A stretch of DNA of 64,000 bases from Candidatus Zixiibacteriota bacterium (lineage in GTDB: Bacteria; Zixibacteria; MSB-5A5; GN15; FEB-12), in the NCBI GenBank assembly GCA_020351995.1, contig CP070674.1, positions 3,533,169 to 3,597,168 on the forward strand. The letters run 5' to 3'. The notes beneath the pieces were generated by a model. It saw nothing but the letters and a program-made list of their open reading frames with translations. It was not told the origin of the DNA and made no database searches. A program made the position numbers and the translations under genes. Shown here one piece after another: positions 1 to 9,161 of the stretch. Numbering within the stretch: position 1 is the stretch's first letter; the number at the start of each line of letters is the position of its first letter.

Positions 1-92
1 AGAAGGTGGTATGACTCTCCGCAGTACCGGCAGCTGGTGAAGCATAGACATCGAGCATCGAACGCGAACGTCATTTTGATCAAGGGTCGCAA

Positions 93-455
93 ATGATGAA
101 AGACATAGCGCCCGGTATATTCCGTCAGCGTCTTCTCATTGAGGGGTACTATTCCATCGATGTTGACAGGGAAGGAGTGGAGAGGTACCTCTTTGATGTC
201 GCCGAGCACCTGGGTCTCAGGACCTATGGCGAGGCGGTCATATTCTCGCCATCGGGCCTGGGCAAAGAGGCCAATCAGGGATTTGACGCTTTTGTGCCGC
301 TGGTCGATTCGGGCATATCCGCCTATATATGGGTTTCGCAACGATTCTTCTCGGTCGTGCTGTATTCCTGCAAGGAATTTGACGTGTCTTCGGCTCTGGA
401 GTTTACCGCTGGATTCTTTGGGGTCGAACGAGAGCTGGTCCACGAGTCGTTTTGA
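93..455 (+). CDS. S-adenosylmethionine decarboxylase-related small protein (AdoMetDC/SpeH-like fold)
   Basis: 120-aa ORF. The segment GFDAFVPLVDSGISAYIWVSQRFFSVVLYSCKEF resembles the processing-site core of prokaryotic AdoMetDC-family proteins. The usual E-S-H self-cleavage motif reads D-S-G here. Confidence 0.4.
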   Translation: MMKDIAPGIFRQRLLIEGYYSIDVDREGVERYLFDVAEHLGLRTYGEAVIFSPSGLGKEANQGFDAFVPLVDSGISAYIWVSQRFFSVVLYSCKEFDVSSALEFTAGFFGVERELVHESF

Positions 456-579
456 GATCTGGCGTGCGCCCAGTTTTTGTGTCAGCGTGTGGTCAAATCG
501 CACCATTTTTGTGCGCCGTGGGTGACACGCCGTCTCAATACGCTGGCTATCTTCAATAATATCAGACAGTTACGCATTT

Positions 580-595
580 GGGCACACTGGCTGCT
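580..595 (+). promoter_or_regulatory. Weak sigma54-type promoter candidate
   Basis: gGGCAC-actgg-CTGCT keeps the GG-N10-GC spacing of -24/-12 promoters. It lies about 100 nt upstream of the OMP gene at 697. It departs from the TGGCAC/TTGC consensus. Confidence 0.25.
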
Positions 596-696
596 ATATA
601 TGGCGGTGAGTGTAGTGACAAGCTTCCTCCGTTGATTGAGACAGAGGAGAAGGTATTAGCAAGTCACCGTATAAGGGGTGACATGGAGATTAGCTG

Positions 697-1350
697 ATGA
701 AACGATTAGTACGCTATTCGATGCTGATGGGCGTTGCGTTGATGGTGTTTTCATCCAGCGCCGAGGCAATTTCCAGACGAAGCTCAAAATTCTCGCTGAG
801 ACAGAGATCTCAGATCGAACTTCGTTTTGGGGTGCGCGAAGATACCTATATCGATAATGATTACTATTTTGATGGACTGGTATGGCGGCGCGCCAGTAAC
901 GGTCTGGTAGTCTCGCTGGGTTTCAATCATTGGACTGACGAGACTACGGCTATTAACCTCACCGTGAAAGCACTGGCTACTGACTTTGATGACGGCGTTT
1001 ATGATTTTGGTATCTATGACCGAAGTTACAGTGTTGTACCGATCCTGGTGGGATTCAGAAAGTATCTGGGACCAGCCTCCGGGGTCCGGCCCTACCTGGC
1101 TGTCAGCGCCGGACCAGTGATAGGTACCGAAACCACATCCCTGGCCGGGATTGAGGTTCTCGACGAGACGCTTACACAGGCAGCCGCCGGGGCTTACTTT
1201 GGCGGTGGGATTGACTTCATTGTCGGACGGCATTTCATGTTGGGAATGAACGCCGGCTATAATCTACTCAGTGATTTCGATGTGCCGGTGGGCGGTCATG
1301 TCAACTACAGTGGAGCCGAGTTCGGGGTGGGCTTCGGTCTGGTATTTTAA
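697..1350 (+). CDS. Outer-membrane beta-barrel protein
   Basis: 217 aa. It has a signal peptide ending SSSAEA, an alternating hydrophobic strand pattern, and a C-terminal aromatic residue (GFGLVF) typical of OM barrels. Confidence 0.55.
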   Translation: MKRLVRYSMLMGVALMVFSSSAEAISRRSSKFSLRQRSQIELRFGVREDTYIDNDYYFDGLVWRRASNGLVVSLGFNHWTDETTAINLTVKALATDFDDGVYDFGIYDRSYSVVPILVGFRKYLGPASGVRPYLAVSAGPVIGTETTSLAGIEVLDETLTQAAAGAYFGGGIDFIVGRHFMLGMNAGYNLLSDFDVPVGGHVNYSGAEFGVGFGLVF

Positions 1351-1588
1351 TTTGGCACCACGGCAGCGTGAGTTCCACCTTTGATTCTACGCAAAGCGCA
1401 CGACCGGTCGAGCAGGCATTGAACGCCCGGTAAGAAGAAGGATACGCCATCTCAGCGTGTCCTTCTTTGCTGTCCGCCGAAGCGCTGCTATTTGAGATTA
1501 TTATTGCCTCATTTATGACATTTCTCTATTTTGTCTCAAACGTTCATCATCGTTGTATTTCTTGTTTATTTCAAGCTTGAGCTAAAAT

Positions 1589-4180
1589 ATGGACAATGAT
1601 CCAACGCGCAGTTTCTTAGCTTTATCCGCCGGCACGGAAGTTTCGCATTATCGGATAATCAACCGCATCGGCGCGGGAGGCATGGGAGAGGTGTACCTGG
1701 CCGAGGATACCGATCTTACCAGGAAGGCGGCCCTCAAATTCCTCGCTCCATCACTCTGTCACGACAGGGAATGCCGTTCCCGTTTTGTCAATGAAGCTCA
1801 GGCGGCGGCGAAGCTGAATCATCCAAATATCGTGACGGTCTACGAGGTCTCCGAGTATCGCGATCGCCCCTTCTTTGCCATGGAGTATGTCCACGGGCAG
1901 TCGTTGAAGGAGTATTTGTCGTCGGATGATAGGTCAGTCGAGGATATACTGTCTCTGGCATCGCAAGTTTGTGAGGGTCTGAAGGCGGCTCATGAGGCCG
2001 GTATCGTACACAGGGATATCAAGCCGTCCAACATATTGATCGACTCCAAAGGCCGTGCGAGGATAGTCGATTTTGGCCTCGCCCTCATGAGGGGGGCCGA
2101 AGGGTTTACCCGGGACGGCTCCACTGCGGGGACACCGGCATACATGTCGCCCGAACAGATTCGCGGCGAGAAGGTTGGAGCATTGTCCGATCTTTTTTCA
2201 TTAGGTGTGGTTCTCTATCAGCTGCTCACCGGTCGGCTCCCGTTCACCGGCGACTACGAAGCGGCTCTGATCTATTCTATAGCCAATGATGATCCCCTGC
2301 CGCTGCATGAACATCGAGCGGATATCCCACAGGAGCTGGAGGACCTGGTATTCAGGCTATTGGAAAAAGACGGTACTCGTCGTTTTCAGAGCGCGGACCA
2401 GGTGCTAAAAGCGATTCAGGGCCTGCGACAGGAAAAGCCACGTCTTGAAACCAGTGGCAGGAAAGCAAATATCATCAGGGTAGGAATTCTGGCCCTGATT
2501 CTGGCGGCGGTGGTCGTGGCAGCACAGCTTGTCTTTAATCCATTCGGTCCTACCGAGCCCACCAGCAAGATGGTGGCAGTACTGCCTTTTGTAAACCTGG
2601 GATCTGCGGAAGACGAGTACTTCGCTGACGGTATCACCGATGCCATTACCACCCATCTTACGATGTTCGGTGACCTGGGAATAATCTCCCGGGCAAGCTG
2701 TATGCAGTACAAGGGAACTGACAAGGCTCTCCGGGATGTCGGCGCCGAGCTTGGCGCCACGTACCTGTTGACAGGTACTATCCTCTGGGAGAAAACGGAG
2801 ACCTCCAATCAGGTTCGCATCAATACCGCCCTTGTGAAGGCTTCCGACGGCTCGCATGTCTGGGCCAACTCTTATCAACGGGTCGCGGATAAGATATTTG
2901 TGATGCAGTCGGACATAGCCGAGAACGTTACCAGAGCTTTGAATGTGGCAATAGGGGCGGAGAATCGCAAACTCCTTGGGAGGGTACCGACCGACCACCT
3001 GCAGGCCTATGACTACTTTCTGCGCGGTAACGAATCCTTTTACCGAAGCTGGGAGCAGCCCGATGTTCAGCCTGCTCTCGAGATGTATCAAAAAGCGGTA
3101 GACCTCGACCCGGATTTTGCCATTGCTCACGCTATGCTTTCGCGAACGCACTCCAGCATGTTCTTTGAATACTATGACCCGACTGATGAGCGCAGGCAAC
3201 TTGCCTTTCAGGCCGCCGAGAAGTCTCTTGATCTGCAGCCCGACCTGGTCGAGGGGCACCTTGCTATGGGTTACTACTACTACCATTGCGAGCGTGACTA
3301 TCTTGGTGCGCTGCGCGAGTTTGACCGTGGCCTTCAAATCCAGCCCAATAATGCCGATGTATACAACGCTATCGCCTGCATCTATCGCCGAACAGGCGAT
3401 TTCGAGAGAGCGGCCGAGAACTTCGTGACAGCCCTTAAGCTGGATCCGCGCTCACATCTGAAAGCATGGGACGCCGGCCTTACCTTTAGTATGATGCGAA
3501 TGTATGACGAGTCGGAAAAATATCTCCGCTTAACGACGTCGCTGAATCCTCAATTTGCCCTGGCACATATTTATCGCGCCTGGCAGAAGATTATCCGAGA
3601 TGGAGACACCGACATGGCCCAGCGGATGCTGGCCGAGGCATCCGGTAAAGTTGACCTGAGACGCTCCAAATATTATTGGTGGTTGGCGCGCGTTCTGGAA
3701 CGGGATTATCAGAGTATACTCGACTTCATCGAGCCCGGCTCCGACACCGCCGCTTACCACATAGAATGTGCTCAATTGAACCGCCTGTTAAATCATACCG
3801 ACCGGATGCGGACCTGTGCGGACTCGGCCCGCGTTATCCTGGAGCGACGGTTGCAGGCCAAGCCGGATGATGCCGTCTTTACAAGCTCCCTTGGCCTGGC
3901 CTATGCCTACCTTGGACAGCCGCAGGAAGCTCAATCGTATGGTCAGTGGGCCGTGGAGCTGCTGCCCACGACGAGGGACGCTTTCGACGCAGTGTTTCTT
4001 CACGTCAACCTCGCCGAGATCTTTGTCGTCTGTGGCCAGTACGACGATGCCGCGGCTCAACTCGAGTATATGATGACAATACCGGGTTTCGTATCTGCTT
4101 CATACCTCAAACTCGACCCTCTGTGGCAACCGCTTCATGGACACCCCGACTTTGACAGCCTGGTGTCAGAATCGATCTGA
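1589..4180 (+). CDS. Hanks-type Ser/Thr protein kinase with TM segment and C-terminal TPR-like repeats
   Basis: 863 aa. Kinase motifs GAGGMGEVY, HRDIKPSNIL, DFGLA and GTPAYMSPEQ are present. There is one hydrophobic helix (ILALILAAVVVAAQLVF) and a TPR-like C-terminal half. Confidence 0.85.
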   Translation: MDNDPTRSFLALSAGTEVSHYRIINRIGAGGMGEVYLAEDTDLTRKAALKFLAPSLCHDRECRSRFVNEAQAAAKLNHPNIVTVYEVSEYRDRPFFAMEYVHGQSLKEYLSSDDRSVEDILSLASQVCEGLKAAHEAGIVHRDIKPSNILIDSKGRARIVDFGLALMRGAEGFTRDGSTAGTPAYMSPEQIRGEKVGALSDLFSLGVVLYQLLTGRLPFTGDYEAALIYSIANDDPLPLHEHRADIPQELEDLVFRLLEKDGTRRFQSADQVLKAIQGLRQEKPRLETSGRKANIIRVGILALILAAVVVAAQLVFNPFGPTEPTSKMVAVLPFVNLGSAEDEYFADGITDAITTHLTMFGDLGIISRASCMQYKGTDKALRDVGAELGATYLLTGTILWEKTETSNQVRINTALVKASDGSHVWANSYQRVADKIFVMQSDIAENVTRALNVAIGAENRKLLGRVPTDHLQAYDYFLRGNESFYRSWEQPDVQPALEMYQKAVDLDPDFAIAHAMLSRTHSSMFFEYYDPTDERRQLAFQAAEKSLDLQPDLVEGHLAMGYYYYHCERDYLGALREFDRGLQIQPNNADVYNAIACIYRRTGDFERAAENFVTALKLDPRSHLKAWDAGLTFSMMRMYDESEKYLRLTTSLNPQFALAHIYRAWQKIIRDGDTDMAQRMLAEASGKVDLRRSKYYWWLARVLERDYQSILDFIEPGSDTAAYHIECAQLNRLLNHTDRMRTCADSARVILERRLQAKPDDAVFTSSLGLAYAYLGQPQEAQSYGQWAVELLPTTRDAFDAVFLHVNLAEIFVVCGQYDDAAAQLEYMMTIPGFVSASYLKLDPLWQPLHGHPDFDSLVSESI

Positions 4181-4226
4181 TAGTACACATTGAATTGCAG
4201 GGTCAAGCGAAAGGACGATAGCAGCG

Positions 4227-5819
4227 CTACCTGTTTTCGTCGGCGCTGATGCCGTACCGGGCCATCTTGTCCTTGAGGCCTTTGCGTGTCAGACCAAGGA
4301 CTTTGGAAGTCTTGAGAATATTGCCGCGGTTCTCTATCAGGGTTGCGGAGATGACATCGCGTTCAACCTGTTCGGTAATGTCCCTGAGTTGTCCGCGGAA
4401 GCTTTTGAGCTCCGAGGTATCCGAGGAGCCTCGCAGTAATTCAGGTGAAAGGTCGGCTTTGTCTATGACACCTTCGGTGTCGCACACCACCGCGGCCCGT
4501 TCGATCTCGTTCTCTAACTGACGGACATTACCGGGCCATGGGCACCCGCAGAGAAAGTCCAGGGCGGCGGGAGCTATGGTGAGTGATTCATTGGCGAGTT
4601 TGATGCGCAGTTTCTTCAGAAAATGGTGAACCAGGAGCGGGATGTCATCGGGGCGCTGCGATAGCGACGGAACCTCGATGGTGAAAGTGTTGAGCCGGTA
4701 GTATAGATCCTGTCGGAAAAGGCCTTCCTTCATCAGTTTCGTCAAATCCTTGTTGGTGGCCGACATGATGCGGACATCGACATATTCGGTCTTGGAAGCT
4801 CCCACCGGTCTGATCTCACCGTTCTCCAGGACACGCAGGATTGCCGCCTGGGTTGACAACGGCGCATCGCCGATCTCATCGAGGAATATTGTGCCACCAT
4901 CGGCTTCCTTGAACAGACCCGGTTTCGTTCGGTCGGCGCCGGTAAAAGCGCCCTTGACGTGGCCGAACAACTCTGATTCCAGCAGTGATTCTGTCTTAAC
5001 GCCACAGTTCTTGATGACTAGGGCTTTGTCCCGCCGGGGGCTGTTGTAGTGGATGGCCCGAGCCACCAGTTCTTTACCGGTTCCGGTTTGACCCAGGATA
5101 AGTACCGGGGCCTCCTTGGTGCTGGCTTTCGACGCCAATGTGAGCACTTTCTTCATAAGCTCCGACTTGCCGATTATGTTCTCGAAGGCAAAAGCGTCGG
5201 AAATCTCGCTGCGAAGACGGAGGTTTTCTTCCTGCAGTTGCTGTTGAGACAGTCCCAGCAATTCGTTCTTGCGCGCCAGTTCTTCAAGCAAGAGGGCATT
5301 ACTCAACATCTGGGCTGACTGTGACGCTATGATCCCGGCAAGCCGTGTTCGGTCATCGGTAAAAATCCCTTTCTCGCCGCTGCGCACGAGTGTCGTCAAG
5401 CCGATTATCTTGCCGCGTGCGATCATTGGACAGCACAGCAGCGAAGTGTATTTACCGGCTTCGGATGATAGCCCTGTGAAACGGTCATCACCGTCAAGAT
5501 TATCGACTTTGAGCGTTCTTTTTTCACGCAACACCCAGCCGGTTATCTGGCTGTTGACCTTGAACGGGATTTTTTCCTCCGGACTTTGCTGCTTGCGTAC
5601 CACCGTTTCGAGGCTCTCGTCGGTCGAATCCGAAACCAGGTTAATTACACCTTCATCGGCATCGGTCAGGCGGACCAACTCGTTTATGATCAGTGACATA
5701 ATATGGTTGGTTTCCTGAACCTGGCATATACGTTCGAGGAGGCGATTTACACTCTGCAGTTCCTCGAAAGCCGCTCGAATCCGAGCAATTTCATCTTGTT
5801 CCGACATATGATTAATCAT
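4227..5819 (-). CDS. Sigma54-dependent transcriptional activator (GAF - AAA+ - Fis HTH)
   Basis: 530 aa. It has an N-terminal GAF-like domain, Walker A GQTGTGKE, the GAFTGA loop, ESELFGH, and a C-terminal HTH (LGLTRKGLKDKMARYGI). Confidence 0.9.
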   Translation of the reverse strand: MINHMSEQDEIARIRAAFEELQSVNRLLERICQVQETNHIMSLIINELVRLTDADEGVINLVSDSTDESLETVVRKQQSPEEKIPFKVNSQITGWVLREKRTLKVDNLDGDDRFTGLSSEAGKYTSLLCCPMIARGKIIGLTTLVRSGEKGIFTDDRTRLAGIIASQSAQMLSNALLLEELARKNELLGLSQQQLQEENLRLRSEISDAFAFENIIGKSELMKKVLTLASKASTKEAPVLILGQTGTGKELVARAIHYNSPRRDKALVIKNCGVKTESLLESELFGHVKGAFTGADRTKPGLFKEADGGTIFLDEIGDAPLSTQAAILRVLENGEIRPVGASKTEYVDVRIMSATNKDLTKLMKEGLFRQDLYYRLNTFTIEVPSLSQRPDDIPLLVHHFLKKLRIKLANESLTIAPAALDFLCGCPWPGNVRQLENEIERAAVVCDTEGVIDKADLSPELLRGSSDTSELKSFRGQLRDITEQVERDVISATLIENRGNILKTSKVLGLTRKGLKDKMARYGISADENR

Positions 5820-5995
5820 TCCAAAAGTGGTCTGTGCAGTCTAAAATATCGGCCTCCATACTCGAAGTCAATGGCTAATGCGTATCGCTGATGGTTAGAT
5901 AATAATCATTGGTCCATCATAGAGATAAGATCTCCCGCCAGGATAAATGCTTGTCATTGAGGCAGCTAAGGCAAGCGCTCCTTACTTGGACAAAG

Positions 5996-6011
5996 TGGCA
6001 TCGTTGTTGCT
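5996..6011 (+). promoter_or_regulatory. Sigma54 (-24/-12) promoter
   Basis: TGGCAT-cgttg-TTGCT is a near-consensus TGGCAC-N5-TTGCW. It sits between the divergent sigma54 activator gene and the lipoprotein gene at 6140. Confidence 0.6.
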
Positions 6012-6139
6012 CATCGCTGTGACAGGATTAAGACTAGCAACTGATCAACTTTAGTGGCCGGAGAAGGAGGTGACGAACAGGCCCGGCGACTAACATCTCA
6101 AAGATGACAACATTCTAACCAGATAATAAGGAGAGGAAA

Positions 6140-7447
6140 ATGAAGACAGCAACACTTACGGTGTTCATCACAGCGATGATTTGTGTGGCATGGATAGGGT
6201 GCAGCGAGACTATCAGCCCAACGGAGAGTTTCGGCGATAGCGATGTCGCGTTTTCGGCTATGGCAGCGTCCGATGTTCCGGCGGCCGAGTACCCGGCTCC
6301 GGGCGGGTTGGTATCGGTAGAGTTTTTGGGCCAGAATCTCACATTCTGGCCGCACACAGGTGTGGATTTCTCCAGTATTCCGCAGGATCCGATTAACCTG
6401 ATCTTCTACGGTAAGGCCGACCCGCGCGATATTCGAGCGGCACTGCTGTCCCTGGACGGTGATCGAACCGCCTACGGATATTGGGACATTCCGCCGTTTA
6501 ACGCTACCTGGGACGATGCTATCGGTGATGTCCAGACCGGTTATGGCGACGGTGAAGGTTGGACCGGAGGCGTGATTCAACTTGCCTGCGGTGATTATGG
6601 ACCGGTGCGCTTTCACATCAGGTTGTTCAAGATTGGTCAGTGGACCGTGGGAAATGCCCACTTCGAAGTACTGGTAGATGGCACTGCCGATCATGAGGTG
6701 CTGAGCTGGGAAAGGGCTGAGGAGTTAGTCCTGGTCGACATGAATCGGGCCGGGCTGCTTGATGAGGCAGTGCCGATGGGCTACTCCCAATTCATCGACC
6801 AGGCCCCGTTTCGGGCTATTCCGTGGTATATCTACAACTTCCTGCCTCCAGAGGTCAGAGACTACATAGATGGACCGCCCGGAGACCTACCGGAGGGCGC
6901 GTTCCATCCGGTGCCAACGGACGGCATGATTCCGATATTCAACCTGGCTGACAAGGCCCCGAGGGTCCCGGAAGTCCGGTATCAGGATTTCGTAATTGAA
7001 TACGGACAGTATGTTCCCAAGCCGTTCTGTTCCTCGGGACCGGCCGACCTTATTCGTGTGGACGGTCCGGTGCACTTGGTACAGACTGCCGAACTCACCG
7101 ATGACGGCACTTACACAGTAACCTTCCGGGCCGACGGTGAGTTGTCCGTCACGCCGATTGATGCGCTGACATTCCAGGCTACCGGGGAGTGGCTAGTGGC
7201 CGTGGTCAAAGAGCATCACGACGGTCTGATGACAGATCATGTGGCTCAGGCTTCGGCAATGCTCCTGCAGAACATCACGCCGGCAGACGACCCCAATGCC
7301 GGTTCGTTTCTCAAGCACCTGAGAGTCAATTCGAATGGATTGGACGCTTTTCAAATACTGCTGAAGTGCCCTGAAAGTGATGATTATGTGGATGTTACCG
7401 ATGCGGGCGATGGCCAGCCGGATCTGACTACGCCGGCCGAGAAGTAA
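6140..7447 (+). CDS. Hypothetical lipoprotein
   Basis: 435 aa. It has a GGAGAGGA RBS and a lipoprotein-type signal peptide (AWIGC). I recognise no catalytic motif. Confidence 0.6.
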   Translation: MKTATLTVFITAMICVAWIGCSETISPTESFGDSDVAFSAMAASDVPAAEYPAPGGLVSVEFLGQNLTFWPHTGVDFSSIPQDPINLIFYGKADPRDIRAALLSLDGDRTAYGYWDIPPFNATWDDAIGDVQTGYGDGEGWTGGVIQLACGDYGPVRFHIRLFKIGQWTVGNAHFEVLVDGTADHEVLSWERAEELVLVDMNRAGLLDEAVPMGYSQFIDQAPFRAIPWYIYNFLPPEVRDYIDGPPGDLPEGAFHPVPTDGMIPIFNLADKAPRVPEVRYQDFVIEYGQYVPKPFCSSGPADLIRVDGPVHLVQTAELTDDGTYTVTFRADGELSVTPIDALTFQATGEWLVAVVKEHHDGLMTDHVAQASAMLLQNITPADDPNAGSFLKHLRVNSNGLDAFQILLKCPESDDYVDVTDAGDGQPDLTTPAEK

Positions 7448-7706
7448 AGTCGACGGGGGCGGGGTGTGGCGTTGCTGCATGGATATGCGGCAGCGCCTTT
7501 TTTTATGGAACCGCCGACAGCAAGAGACGGAAACGAAGGGGGGGCTGTTGAATTGGCATATCAGGGCCCGCTATTCATGGAGACGGAAACCTTCTCGGGA
7601 AACATTTGTTTCGATAACCAGGAAACTGTTGTCGGCCACTGCTTGCTGGGAAATAGTCCCTTAATTGAACGCCGGTACATTCAACCGGCAACTGGAGGAA
7701 TGAAAA

Positions 7707-8921
7707 GTGAAATATAGATACCTGTCTGTGATATTGGCTTTGTCTCTTGTGTTATCGGGCTGTTCCAATGAGAACACCAGCGCCAATGCCGGTCCGGCTG
7801 ACACCGACAATTCCGGTGACACGACTGCGGAATTGAGCGCGGTTGCGCTGGCAACCGGGTTTTCCCGGCCGGTCTTTGTTTGCTCAGCGCCTGGCGATGA
7901 CTCGCGGCTGTTTGTTGTTGAGAAAGCCGGAAGGATCATGATTCTGCGCGATGGTGCTATTCAACAGCTGCCATATCTCGATATCACTGATCGTGTGGGC
8001 GACGCTGGTGGTGAACAGGGCCTTCTGGGTATGGCCTTCGATCCTGATTATAGCACCACTGGTTTTTTCTATGTCAACTACACCGACAATGCCGGTAGCA
8101 CGGTGGTGGCGCGTTTCAAAGTGTCGGATCTCCCTGATCAGGCAGATGCCTCCAGCGAAGAACTGGTTTTGAAGGTCAATCAGCCGTTTTCGAACCACAA
8201 TGCCGGCATGCTGGCCTTCAGCCCGGTGGACGGCTACCTCTACGTGGGCCTTGGTGACGGCGGCTCGGGCGGCGATCCGCAGGATAACGCCCAAGATCCA
8301 GCCACTGCCCTGGGCAAAATGCTGCGCATAGATGTCGGCCAGGGTCTGCCATACGCAGTACCTCCCGATAACCCGTTCCGGGGCAGCGTGGACACCCTCG
8401 ATGAGATCTGGTCGTTTGGTCTGCGCAACCCGTGGCGTTACAGCTTCGACCGACTAACGGGGGACCTCTATATCGGGGATGTGGGCCAGAGTCGAATTGA
8501 GGAAGTCGATTTCAGTCCAGCCTCGAGTAAGGGCGGCGAAAATTACGGTTGGCGGCTCAAAGAAGGAAACGAGTGTTTCAATCCAGCTCAGGGATGTGAG
8601 TCCGGACGGCAACTTGTCGACCCTATATATCAGTATCGCCATTCTGATCCTTCCTCGCCGTGCTCCATTACCGGCGGATATGTTTATCGCGGTGTAGCAT
8701 TTCCCGAATTGGTCGGGGCTTATTTCTTCGGGGACTTCTGCTCAGGGCAAGTCTGGTCCCTGCGCTACGAGAACGGTACGGTTGCCGATTTCGCCGACAG
8801 GACTGGGGAACTCGGTCTGGGGCAGGCTGCGGTGGCGTCTTTTGGAGAGGATAATTCGGGCGAACTTTATATTGTGGACTTTGGTGGTACTGTATATAAG
8901 GTGGTACCGAAAGCCCCTTAG
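7707..8921 (+). CDS. PQQ-dependent sugar (glucose/sorbosone) dehydrogenase-like beta-propeller lipoprotein
   Basis: 404 aa. GTG start preceded by GGAGGA; lipobox LSGC. The motifs HNAGMLAF, GLGDGGSGGDPQDNAQ and GLRNPWRYSFD are typical of this family. Confidence 0.75.
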   Translation: MKYRYLSVILALSLVLSGCSNENTSANAGPADTDNSGDTTAELSAVALATGFSRPVFVCSAPGDDSRLFVVEKAGRIMILRDGAIQQLPYLDITDRVGDAGGEQGLLGMAFDPDYSTTGFFYVNYTDNAGSTVVARFKVSDLPDQADASSEELVLKVNQPFSNHNAGMLAFSPVDGYLYVGLGDGGSGGDPQDNAQDPATALGKMLRIDVGQGLPYAVPPDNPFRGSVDTLDEIWSFGLRNPWRYSFDRLTGDLYIGDVGQSRIEEVDFSPASSKGGENYGWRLKEGNECFNPAQGCESGRQLVDPIYQYRHSDPSSPCSITGGYVYRGVAFPELVGAYFFGDFCSGQVWSLRYENGTVADFADRTGELGLGQAAVASFGEDNSGELYIVDFGGTVYKVVPKAP

Positions 8922-9161
8922 ATTGTGTTTGTTGTTGACAAATTACACTTTTTGTGTTTATTTAGGGTATAGAATATCCCGCCGCTTGATTTATAACCGC
9001 CATCCTCACCTGTTTTCTGACGAAGCAGGATAGTGTTTAATTGTGACGCCAGGAGAAACAGCAGCACGTTGAGGAGAGACTCCGGAATTCAACAAGCCCA
9101 CCAGAATTCGCTGTCGTGTTCAGTGATGTTGCTTGTTTCTCATGTCTAAAGAGGAAGTAGC

